Source: Octopus vulgaris
Taxonomy: Eukaryota
Assembly (NCBI GenBank): GCA_951406725.2
Contig: OX597814.1
Location: 96,348,001-96,412,000 of the forward strand
DNA: 64,000 bases
Direction of reading: 5' to 3'
Part shown: positions 12,300 to 27,049 of the stretch, piece after piece
How positions within the stretch are numbered: position 1 is the stretch's first letter
Layout: every line of letters begins with the position of its first letter
Notes under the pieces: generated by a model
What the model was told of the DNA's origin: nothing
The model's input: the letters and a program-made list of their open reading frames with translations, nothing else
The model's database searches: none
Made by a program: the position numbers and the translations under genes

Positions 12300-13845
12300 G
12301 CGATTGTCTAAGGTAGAAAGAGGATTTTGGTTTGTCTTTCTCCATTCATTGATCCCTTATTTTCTTTTGCACATTTTCCTTGTTTTCTTTTTTCCTTTTT
12401 ACCTTCTTTCTTTTTTCTTCCCTCCCTTTTCTCCCTTTTTCCTCTCTTTTCCCCTTGCTCAGATTTCTGCACGGCTATGATCCTCTGCTTCCCCAATCCA
12501 ACGGCCATCACCTCATCGGTATTGCAACCCCACCCCAACTCATTTTTGTAATACCAACTAGTTTCTCGGCCCCGCCCCCTGGGGATGCCGATGCTGTCGA
12601 TCGGTGCTCCATCCGCAACTGAGTGCTTCACCCTCACCCTTCACGGGAAGCTACCGGCAGCTACCACCACCAATAGGCGGAAGAGAGGGAGGAATTGTTC
12701 AAGATGTGGTTGTTTCCATCATTTCTCTTGTGTCGGTCTGACAGAACAGGCCTTGAATGCACTCACAATGTGGAGATGTAGCAGCTGCCTCCTCCCATCA
12801 GCCGCGCGTCAGCAGCCATCATCCATCACACCCTCAGATGAGATGATATGTCTACCTGAGGCCCAACTCTCACTGGTCAACATTGTCCGGCTTGGAAGGC
12901 TTCGTAAGATCCCTCTTAACATCCCGAAAACGATCCGGGTGTTGGTGGCTGATACCCTCGCATCCTCAATGGAGAAAACCTTAGAATCTGGTCCTAGCGA
13001 TTGGGATCAGCTGTTTTATTTTTCTCTGCTCGCTCTTGGTCTCTCCAGCATCGCCGCCGATTTAGGCGGCCTGTCAACAACGACCCCAGTCAGAGCCAAC
13101 AACTCGTCCTTCAGACAGGGGTGCCCGAATAAGAAGCATGTACGAATACGCTGCGCACCACTCATCATCGCGTCCGCAGTCCTTCACACCTGACGTCGAC
13201 TCAAAGCGTCTATGCGACCAGGTAAACGCCAAACTTATCGAACTAGGTGAGAAACTCAGCCCAGTACAGCTGGGGTTGACGTAACCAGCGGTTGCGAGGG
13301 AGTCACCCATGCTGCTAGACAATTTTCATTGACTGTCCTCCCGAGTTGACATCGAGCGATCCCAAGCACCTCCTTATCAAGATTGGACATGAAAAACACT
13401 TTCAACTGTCTACGCCGTAACCACTTGCTCTAGGCCTGCCTCAGCCGTGCTCCGTCTGCCTACCGCTGGCTTACCGGTCGTAAGGGGCTCCGAGCATGCT
13501 CCTCACCTCAGATAACGTCATACCATCTTCGACTGGTGCTCAACAAGATGAATCATTGGTCTCCTCTTCCTATTATCTCTCATGTAGAGAATATTTGGCA
13601 CGATCTCTGATCAGTGGTTTCTGCTCTAGCGAAGATCGGCCTCAAACTATACTAGTCCAAACTGGAGGTCGTGAACGTCAACTATGATGCAGAAGGCTTT
13701 TGCGGCCTCCGCCTCGGACGTACGTTCACCACTTCACCAGGTATAGGTGACATCGAAAGGGGCCGTCCTTATACTCGGTTCGCCGATCCTCCCGCCTGCT
13801 ATTCGCTCCACCCTCCGGTCTAAGCTTCACTAATTTGCACTGTTC
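12300..13845 (+). mobile_element. Degraded CRE-like non-LTR retrotransposon with N-terminal PHD finger
   Basis: CSRCGCFHHFSCVGL..WRCSSC; NIPKTIRVLVADTL..W..LF; RT remnants VQLGV..GCEGVTHAARQF, IDMKNTFNCLRR, SSTGAQQD, ILGSPI. Confidence 0.65.
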
Positions 13846-14898
13846 CTGTTAAGAAACTTCTTTACAGTTTGTTTGTGGGCTAAATCTACATACAACACAG
13901 TTCCTATCAGTAACTAAGAATTAAGGTTGTAGAAAGGTCAGGTAACCCTATCAAGTCCCTAATCGATAGAACCTACCGTTTTAGTAGCACCCCCTGTACT
14001 GATAGGAACTATATTGTTTGTAGATTTAGCCCACAAGCAAACTGTAAAGCTAGGAGTGTAGTCTATAGTATAAGATGTACAGAGGGAGGGTGAAGAAACA
14101 AGACAACGACGTACGTAGGGGAGACAGCACGGAGCATAGGAGAGTGGGTAAATGAGCATTGGAGGGAACTTAAGGAAGAGAAGAGCTCATCGGTTCTGTA
14201 AAAGCACGCCGAACGGGAACACGGAGGCTCACTCAGCAACATAGAAGTTAAAAATCTTGTCCCCACATAGAACCGACACAACGTTTAGACAAATTACGGA
14301 AGCTACACACATAACAGAAGATAAACCTAGCCTAAATAGAAAACTAGAATGGAACACTAGCACCTCCACAAACCACAACCTATGACAGAATAAGATCCCC
14401 ATAAGCTCATAATCATATGAAACTTATACAATACATAGAAAAACAGAATTAAATAATTATATACATAAACAAAATAAATTAAACAAAATTAATACAAAAA
14501 AGAAAGAAATGAAAAAGTAAGTAGATGAAAACAAATGAATAAAATAAATAAAAGTATCTTAAGCGAACGTGTATAAAAAGGAGGTACTGATAATGCAGGT
14601 ACTATACATATTTCCACACACACTTTTACTAAACATAGACACACACAGGGACATACGATGCACAAATAAAAACGTATAAAACAGGAATACAAAATGGCAG
14701 ATCGTTAGTAAGGAGAGACAAAAAAGTAAAAAGAAAGCAAAAGACCACAGATGAGGGCAAAGAAGTGCGATGAAAGAACTCTGGCCGATATACGATTAAT
14801 GTAAAATAAAGCTGAAGCAAGTGAACAGCAAATATAGTGTGCGTGTATTTTCATTGGCTACACTGGCAACATGACCATCCCCAAATAAAAAAAACAAC
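13846..14898 (+). mobile_element. Penelope-like element 3' part (Zn linker, GIY-YIG, 3' UTR) with inverted 5' segment
   Basis: My translation from about 13914: LRIKVVERSGNPIKSLI..PCTDRNYIVCRFSPQANCKARSVVYSIRC..TYVGETARSIGEWVNEH..SSVL*KHAEREH..ITEATHITEDKPSLNRKLEW. Confidence 0.8.
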
Positions 14899-15114
14899 AT
14901 ATACATGTATGTATAAATACATATATATATATATGCATGTATATATACATATATATATGTATGTATATATACATATATAAATATATGTATGTATATATAC
15001 ATACATATATATATGTATATATACATATATATATGTATATATATATATATATATATACATATATATATGTATGTATATATATATATGTATATATATATGT
15101 ATATATATATATAT
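14899..15114. repeat. TA-rich compound microsatellite
   Basis: Direct reading. Confidence 0.95.
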
Positions 15115-15990
15115 TTAAAAAGGAGATGTGGAACACGAGTTGTGATATATAAAAAAAGGAAATGAAGAAAATGCTGACAAAATAATTTAAGTAAGGGAGA
15201 GTGTATTTAATTAGGTGAAAGTTCTTTTTTTAAACAAAAAAAGAGAAAAATTGGGTTAGAATACAATGTTCATTTTTTGTGAATGATTTCAGTGTATAAG
15301 AAAAAAAGTAAGAGTCTTTTACAGTGTTCTGTTTCAGAATAAGATATTTAGTAAAAGCGTGTAATATACAGTTTTTTGTGGAAAAGTTCAATGTCAGATT
15401 TCAGTGTAGAATAAAAAAAGTAAGAGTTTACCGGTTGCGCATTTGTTATGCTTATCAAAAGATATTTTGAGTGAGATAGAGTTCCTTTCTGATTGATTTT
15501 TTTCTCTTATCTGACTTTATGTTGGGTTTGCTGTCTCTTATATGTGAAAAAATAGGCTCCAGAGTTGTTTAAGATTTGCTTGGTTTCGCGCCTAAAATTT
15601 CTTGTGGACAATGGTCAATACAATTTTGATTGGTCATTATAAAGGGGTCACGTGAATGTTTGAATGGAAGTTGGTGTTGGGGTAAGAAAATAGGCTTCAG
15701 AGATGTTAAAATTTGGCTGGTATCGCGCCTAAAATTTCTTATTGGTCATAATAAAGATGTCACGTGAATGTGGTCATAATAGAGAGGTCACGTGAATGTT
15801 TAGAATGAATGTTGGTGTAGGTGGTGTATGGAGTTTTCGAAAATAGCGTTGTTGAAAATTCTTATTGTTCAGGCTGGTCAGTAGACGTCACGTGGATATT
15901 TTGAATAGCTTTTTAGCGCGTAGTTAAGGAGTGTATTTTCCGCTTGACTGAATTTGAGCTGGAAAAGTAAGTTCGTTTAGGACAGGAAGA
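15115..15990 (-). mobile_element. Possible Penelope-type terminal repeat remnant between microsatellites
   Basis: Decayed hammerhead-like motif at about 15425-15462, internal duplications with GTCACGTG/ATTGG motifs; no coding evidence. Confidence 0.35.
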
Positions 15991-16007
15991 GCTATATGTA
16001 TGTATGT

Positions 16008-16040
<33 letters not shown>

Positions 16041-16308
16041 TGTGTGTGTTTATATGTATGTTGGGGCGCGCGCGTGTATATATGTGTGCGTGTGTGGGTA
16101 CAATTTTCAATATTTATAGTTCTGCTGGCCTTGTGCCTGTATCGGGAAGCAACGTGTTTGTGTGAAGTCAATATTTACAGTCATTTCCAAAAAATGAACA
16201 TTGTATTCTAACCCAATTTTTCTCTTTTTTTGTTTAAAAAATGAATTTTCACCTAATTAAATACACTCTCCCTTACTTAAATTATTTTGTCAGCATTTTC
16301 TTCATTTC

Positions 16309-16380
<72 letters not shown>

Positions 16381-16881
16381 AAAAAATGAAGTTCGAAAAT
16401 GCTGCTGTATTATACAATTTTTAATTTTTATATATACATTATAACATGTTTCAGTTCCTGAAATGAACCTTATCAAAAAAGTTATATATAAAAAAAGACA
16501 GCTCATGCCGTCAAACACAAGAAATTCATTTATAATACACAACGGAGTCAGACATCTTAGAGTTCATGTATAGTTGATATATAGTTCATGTATAGTTGAT
16601 ATATAGTTTGAAGTATATGTTCAAAGTGTTCGATGCAGTGGCCCACGGTGGCGATACGTATTCAATACAAAAAACAGATCAAAGTGGTGGAAAGCGGTCA
16701 ATACAGAAGATTGATGTTTCCGAAAGAGCGAGGAATTCATTTTTACCTTAAGCAATTGTGATGACCCATGGTGGAAGTTCGCTGGGTGGTTCTAGTGAGT
16801 TTTTGTGAAATGCTCGGTTTTATAATGCCTGTTATATATATGTATATATATCTATATATATGTATATGTATACATATACAT

Positions 16882-18051
16882 TGTTACGACCTGGTGGCCA
16901 TAACCCGAATTTACACAACCAACAATGATGGGATGAACCCAAAACAACAACACACCATGAAGTTTTTAAAAAAATATTATTAACAAAAGTAAAATATATA
17001 CTGTTTAGAAATTTGGATTCCCCAATTTGGATTCCGAAATTTGGTTTCATAAATGTGCTTTCATAAATTTGTAATCCGAAATTTGGTTTCATAAATTTGG
17101 TTTCATAAATTTGGATTCCCAAATTTGGTTTCATAAATTTGGTTTCATAAATTTGCTTTCATAAATTTGTAATCCGAAATTTGGTTTCATAAATTTGGTT
17201 TCATAAATTTGGATTCCCAAATTTGGTTTCATAAATTTGGTTTCATGAATTTGATTTTCGAACTTTGGACCTAAACATAAATAAATCTAATGTCAAAGCA
17301 ACTATTTAAACTAAAAGTTCATGGCACAAAACGGCTGCCACACTACATCAATAATTATAGTTAGAAAATATATAGTCAAACAAATAATCTAGTTTGCTTT
17401 AAAATCGCACAAAACCGCTTCATACAAGCATGCTGAGGAACCATTAGATACAATTTACAGTTTAGTTGTCTAATACAAAAAATTGGCTACATGAAATATT
17501 AAATTCATGCACCCTCTAGCTATTTATACAAGTTTTTTAACACTTATCTTAGCCGAAAATAGCTAGCAAAATTTCTATACAACTTGCCACAAATGCAGAT
17601 TTCAAAATTAAAATAAATATTGCAATAACATAAATTAAGAGATTTTTGTACTCATCCAGAAGTGACACGGAAATTATTTAAATCTGACAAGCAAAAGATC
17701 TGGCGAATTCCTGGAACATAAAATGAATCCATAAATGCCTAACACAAATCACAAAGGGCATAAACTAAGCTGGCAATTATAGCTTCCAGAATCCAATTGA
17801 ACATCCTTGCCTCACAGAAACAACTTTAACAGTCACAAAAACTGAGTGTGCATTTATTTCTGCTAATGAAAGTTTGCTAATGTCTAGCCAATTTGTTAGA
17901 GTTTCCCAGTTTGGCTATTAACACCTAACTCCTCCATTTTGACAATGGACTTCATTCTAACTTTACAGTGCAGCATGCAAAACTGTCTGTTTACTTGTTT
18001 ACGTGTTAAAATTACACGATAAAAGGTTTTTAACGTTTTTATAATTTCCTA

Positions 18052-18054
<3 letters not shown>
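16882..18054. mobile_element. Possible solo LTR
   Basis: Bounded by TGTTA...TAACA exactly between TA and CA microsatellites; no TSD, PBS or PPT seen. Confidence 0.35.
17009..17270. repeat. 14-bp minisatellite (AAATTTGGTTTCAT) with 98-bp higher-order repeat
   Basis: About 19 units; 17051-17148 repeated at 17149-17246. Confidence 0.92.
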
Positions 18055-18882
<828 letters not shown>

Positions 18883-19179
18883 TATGTGAGATAATAGTTT
18901 CAGTATTAATAGTGAAAGTGTTAAACTGAAAGTATTATCTCGCATTACAATAGAGATGTTCTGTTTCACTTTTCACACGTAATATTCTAAGAGATAAGAT
19001 ATTGTTGCGGGCTTGCATTAGACAAGAAGTTGAAAATTTTCTTGTTCCATGACACTGCATGGACCCTAAGCAAGGCATGTGTAAAATTTGAATGAAATCG
19101 GTTTCGTAGTTCTCGAGCTTTAGTGATGCATACATACATTCAGACATATAGACAGACACATTCTCAGAAATTCTCAGTT

Positions 19180-19180
<1 letters not shown>
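18883..19180 (-). mobile_element. Non-autonomous Helitron-like 5' fragment
   Basis: Minus strand reads tatataaa...gtctgtct...aaaccgatttcattcaaattttacac, a typical Helitron 5' layout; long hairpin at 18884-18943. Confidence 0.5.
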
Positions 19181-19260
<80 letters not shown>

Positions 19261-19262
<2 letters not shown>

Positions 19263-20283
19263 CGCACGAGTTGCTGTGTGGTAAGTAGCTTGCTTACTAA
19301 CCACATGGTTCTGGGTTCAGTCCCACTGCTTGGAACCTTGGGCAAGTGTCTTCTACTATAGCCTCGAGCCGACCAAAAGCCTTGTGAGTGCGTTTGGTAG
19401 ACGGAAACAGAAGGAAGCATGTCGTATATATGTATATATATATATATGTGTGTGTGTATATGCTTGTGTGTCTGTGTTTGTCCCTCCAGCATCGCTTGAC
19501 AACCGATGCTGGGGTGTCTACGTTCTCGTAACTTAGCGGTTCGCCAAATAAGATCGATAAAATAACTTAGCGGTTCGCCAAACAAGGTCGATAAGATAAC
19601 TTAGCGGTTCGTCAAAGGCGTTCAATAAAATAACTTAGCGGTTCTCCAAAGAATCTTGATAAAATAACCTGGCGGATCGCCAATGGAGTCGGATAAAATA
19701 CCTTAGCGGTTCGCCAAATATGATCGATAAAATAACTTAGCAGTTCGCCAAAGGAGATTAATAACGGAAGTTAGCGGTTCGCCAAAGGAGATCGATAAAA
19801 TAACATAGCGGTTCGCCAAAGGTGATCGAAGAATAACTTAGCTGTTCGTAAAATACTGTCGATAGAATAATATAGCGGTTCGCCAAATAAGATCGATGAA
19901 ATAACTTAGCGGTTCGCCAAACTAGATCGATAAAGCAACTTAGCGTATCGCCACTTGGGAAAGTGTCTTCTACTATACCCTCAGGCCGACCAAAGCCTTG
20001 TGATTGTGGTTGGTAGATGGAAACTGAAAGAAGCACGTCGTATATATGTATATATATATGTGTGTGTATATGTTTGTGTGTCTGTGTTTGTACCGCCAAC
20101 ATCGCTTGACAACCGATGCTGGTGTGTTTACGTCCTCGTAACTTAGCGGTTCGGCAAAATAGACCAATAGAATAAGTACTAGGCTTACAAAGAATAAGTC
20201 CTGGGGTCGATTTGCTCGACTAAAGGTAGTGCTCCGCATGGCCGCAGTCAAATGACTGAAACAATTAAAAGAAAAAAAAAGAA
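19261..20283 (+). mobile_element. CORE-type SINE with internal minisatellite expansion and duplicated body
   Basis: ggcgcacgagttgctgtgtggtaag head, gggttcagtccc B box, accttgggcaagtgtcttc; body restarts at about 19954. Confidence 0.85.
19529..19953. repeat. 34-bp minisatellite, about 12.5 units
   Basis: Unit taacttagcggttcgccaaaNNNgatcgataaaa, derived from the SINE segment seen once at 20139-20172. Confidence 0.92.
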
Positions 20284-20316
<33 letters not shown>

Positions 20317-20357
20317 TGCATGTATGTATGTATGTATTATTATTATTATTATTATTA

Positions 20358-20524
20358 TTGAGTGAGAGAGCAGTGCATGCCATCAAAGTGACACTGGAGT
20401 AAAATATACGAAGCCCAGTATACCCATCATGACTACCCGTCTGATAAGGGTACACCGGGCACATGCATCACAACCATATGTGCGCGTCATGGTGATCTCA
20501 TATCAAGATAAACAGCGCATGACC
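20358..20524. mobile_element. Partial copy of the unclassified TTA-associated repeat
   Basis: Nearly identical to 6925-7090; preceded by (TTA)n. Confidence 0.85.
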
Positions 20525-20760
20525 TGTATGTATGTATGTATGTATGTATGTATGTATGTATGTATGTATGTATGTATGTATGTATGTATGTATGTATGTA
20601 TGTATGTATGTATGTATGTATGTATGTATGCATGTATGTATGCATGTATGTATGTATGTATGTATGTATGTATGTATGCATGTATGTATGCATGTATGTA
20701 TGTATGTATGTATGTATGTATGTATGTATGTATGTATGTATGTGTGTATGTATGTATGCA
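20525..20760. repeat. (TATG)n microsatellite
   Basis: Direct reading. Confidence 0.97.
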
Positions 20761-21075
20761 TTTCTGCATATCTTGTTATAAAAGAATGCATATCATTTCT
20801 TCAGTAGAAGAAAGAAATTTCAGGATCTGATTTGAATATTTTGAACCAGAAGTTGATTTAACAACCAATGAGACGCCAAGGAAACCCATCCGTCAGTGAC
20901 AAGCTGAGTGCATGGCCATAGTTTTGAACCACACCTAATAACAAAACACTTAGTCAGATTGATGACGTCATCACACTTCATTTGGTAGCAGGCTAGAAAC
21001 GCGTGGCTGGCACACACACATACACGACGGGATTCATTCAGTTTCCTATATATGCGCGCGCGCGCGTGTGTGTGT

Positions 21076-21077
<2 letters not shown>

Positions 21078-21156
<79 letters not shown>

Positions 21157-21225
21157 TTGGGGTACAAGAGAGAAAGAGATTGGGGTACAAGAGAGAAAGA
21201 GATTGGGGTACAAGAGAGAAAGAAA
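21078..21225. repeat. (GA)n plus three 23-bp units gagagaaagagattggggtacaa
   Basis: Direct reading. Confidence 0.9.
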
Positions 21226-21786
21226 GAGTTATTTATGTACGTATGTAAATATGTACGTATGAATGGGTGTATGAGTGTATATGTTGATATTTTTGTGTCC
21301 TTATTAGGCTTCCATAGTCCGCCAGTTCAGTTCTCGGAAAATTAACGGAGAAGGATGGGAAATGTGTATATGTTTGCATTGTGTTATTGCAAAAGTTGCA
21401 TCTATTCCAGTTTGGAAATCCCTGATCGTTGTTTCACCAATTCATGCACGTGATAATGCTTGTTGAATTAGCAAATATAGTGATGTTTATATCCATTTCT
21501 GTATCGGTTACCGAATATAACTTAAGAATAATTTGTAGACTAAAATCAGAACGGAATATTCCCTGTTTCTGGATTAATATGAGAATAAAAACAAGTTTGT
21601 TGGTATTGTTGTATTAGAGTCGGGTTCACCAATTATAACATATGATAGATGTTGGCGAGGAAGGTTTATGAAGATGAAGCTGAAGAAAATAATGGTATTT
21701 TCTTAAATCAACATATTCTAGTTATTTTATTATCAGAGAGCTGTTATAATGTCTGGGACAAAAGTTCAGTCAGGCGGTAGTTTTAG

Positions 21787-21945
21787 GCGCAGTAGTGGCT
21801 GTGTGGTTAAGAAATTAGCTTCTCAATCACGTGGTTTCGAGTTGAATCCCAAGGAACTTTACGAAAGTGTCCTCTATTATAGTCCAAGGGCGACCAATGC
21901 CAAGTGAGTGAATTTGGTTGACAGAAACTATGTGAACGTCTGTCC
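21787..21945 (+). mobile_element. CORE-type SINE 5' fragment
   Basis: ggcgcagtagtggctgtgtggttaagaa...aagtgtcctctattatag. Confidence 0.7.
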
Positions 21946-22139
21946 CATGTAAATATAAATAGTGTATTTATAGTGAATGTATAATGAAATGTGGACATTG
22001 ACGATTTAAAGTCTGTTCTCAGCATATTGGCATAGAAATAATTTTTCTTTTTCCTTTGTTTATAAGTTGTTTATAATTTTAACCTTTAAAGGTATTTTAA
22101 TAAGCTGCCACTTTTTATGACATTTCAACTAATCAATGA

Positions 22140-22693
22140 CGTCTATTGAGGTGAAAACAATATCTGCCGAAGTCTGTCAACAACAATTTTTTGCGGTGTC
22201 ATATGAAAATGCCCCAGCTATTTATGACATATTTCATATCAGTTACGTTCGTATAAATAAAAGATTATCGTTATTAAACTTTTATTAATAAACACATATT
22301 CTAAGTTCACAACATATGCAGTTTTAATTTCCCTCTCTGTTGCACACATTACATATTATATATTCGTTTAAGAAACAGATTGGGTTTATTTACATTTCTG
22401 AAGAAAAAAAGATACCCTTCCCCCACCCCTAACCCTAACTCTAACCCTAACCCTAACTCTAACCCTAACCCTAAAACAGATTGAAATGCAGTAGATCGAT
22501 ACTAGGGTCATAATTATGGGTGGGCACTAAAGAGGGAATGGTTTTGTTATCCAGCTCTGTTTACGAGTGACCCCTCAGTTTATGGCCACAGGGTATCTTT
22601 TTTTCTCATAAATAGCAGGAATATTTTCATATGATACCGCAAAAAATTGTTGTTGACAGCCTTCGGCAGATATTGTTTTCACCTCAATAGACG
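22140..22693. mobile_element. MITE-like element with ~88-bp terminal inverted repeats and internal telomeric repeats
   Basis: cgtctattgaggtgaaaacaatatctgccgaag... at 22140 and its reverse complement ending 22693; (CCCTAA)x8 at 22427-22474. Confidence 0.85.
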
Positions 22694-22719
22694 AATCTAA
22701 ATCTAAGCAGAAATGCTGC

Positions 22720-23580
22720 AGGACCGATTTCAAGGAGAGATTTGCTGCAATGGTGAGTAGATGTTGGGTATGGAGTATTTTAAGAATATGTAAAGAAAGG
22801 CTAGCTTTTGTGGTGGAGTCTCTGATAGCTGAGATTGTGTATTTGCAAGGTGACCCTCAGTTAAAGTGGGACCTATTATTTGTAGCGACCTTGAGAGATT
22901 TAACTGTGCGCGTAAGGTAATTGGATGCAATTGTACTTTCTTGATATATGAAGTTATTGACTCGTGTTGATGAAGGAGCGGATTGTCATGGCTTCATTCG
23001 AAATACCTTTTCATAGATTCGTTGCTGATTCCACGTGGCATATGTAGATTACATGTGATGATGGTTAAGTGTAAAAAGTCAGGATTGTGGGAATTATCAA
23101 CCGTGTAGGAGTGGGGTGCTGTAGGAGGCGACAGCAAGTGGTTCATGGATGTATGAAAAGAAATGTGCGGCGACAAAACTTAACCCTTTGGTAAAGATAG
23201 TGACTAGCTTTGGAGTTCGCTTTTTTGAGGGTAATTGAAAGAATACCAACGATAATGTAGCGTTGATAGGTTGCAATGGAGAGGTAAAATGTAGATTTAT
23301 ATAGAATGAAATTTAAACAGACACATTACTGTTTGCACATACTGGTACATATGCACAAAAGTAGGACTGTGAATAAGCATCAAGGCTTGTAAAAGTAGAA
23401 GAAATATACAAGTAGGAGAGAAAAAAGGAATAAATTTGGAAATGAGACTGCTCGTTGGTACCAGCAGGGGATTACGTTCAGGGTAAATAAGCATTTGTTG
23501 CTTCTCTTCACAGGTGTTGATATATGAAACGACACAGGCTATAAAGGGATACAACAGATCGAAAGGTGGTCCCTAAACTG
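22720..23580 (-). mobile_element. Possible highly decayed CR1-like LINE
   Basis: QKLAFL..KY..QHLLTI resembles the post-RT CR1 motif; otherwise heavily broken. Confidence 0.3.
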
Positions 23581-24490
23581 TCCTGGTAAACTAAAATATT
23601 TTTTTTATGTATTTGAAAAGTAATATTAATGGCTTTTAAGTTTATTCGTATGAGATATAGAATGTTAATAAAAGAAATAAATGTGGTGCATTAGAAATAA
23701 AATCCTGTTGCTGATGTTTATTACTCATTTGATTCCAGAATAATTCCTCGCAACTCAAATGATAAATGAATTTTATTTCTAAATATAAAAATTTCTCAAT
23801 GGCTGGTACATAGTTCTGAATATAATGTTTTCATATGCTTCTATGAAACTGATACTGATTTGAATCAAGGATGATTTTTGCTTCCGATATACAGAGGAGT
23901 GACAGAAACAGTATAATCCTGTGCTTATATGAATAGCAGTATTTAGTTACAACTCCTTACGTTATGAGTTCAAAGCCGGTCAGATGGGCATTGCTTTTCA
24001 ACTTCCCGATAGATATTATGTTATATTACGTTTCATCCTCCGTAAATATATGGCCTTGGGCCAATATATGAAATTATTTTTGTGCGTTAATCATTTTGCA
24101 GATAAAAGAACATTCTGAGAAGTATGAATTCAAATTATTTTGTCGTTTACTTCTCCGCCTCTGCTTTATTCTTTTCACCGTCGTATTCTTAGTTTTGTTG
24201 GTTTCTACACTGTTTAGTAGTTTCAACTATAAGGAATATAATTAAGATACAAAATAAAAGTAGACATGGAAAATTTCATGCTGATTATGTAAGTGTGGTA
24301 TTCAATTGCTTTCATAGTTTCAAGATGTCAGACATCTGTACCCATGCTATCAGATTTTGTTCATTTCCTTTCCACGAAAGTCATCAAAATCTACAACTGT
24401 ACTTGCTTGAGTATAAAGGGTAAAGACAAAATTTAACAGTCCATCGAGGAGCATACCATTCTTTATGCCGGGAGATTACTGGTCACAATA

Positions 24491-26823
<2,333 letters not shown>

Positions 26824-27049
26824 TATGCAATAACAATGAAAAACAAGTCTAGGTAAATATTTCTTCATTATTCGTTAATTAGGTATGTAATAGATGGTGC
26901 ATTTATATTGTGGTTTTAATGAATTAATTAGCTTTGATTTAGAGATTTTGTGGTCAAAGATCTGTGGGGTAATTCAGAATTCTAAATTAGCCCTTGAACA
27001 GATCAGGTCATTCAGCCTGTTGCTATGTTGTTTCCACAGATAGAACAAG

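Noticed and set aside
19529-19953. CRISPR array
   Set aside because: The spacer-like parts are only about 14 nt and homologous to each other, the unit derives from the SINE, there are no cas genes, and the context is eukaryotic
22427-22474. True telomere or chromosome fusion site
   Set aside because: Only eight units, one orientation, inside a TIR element
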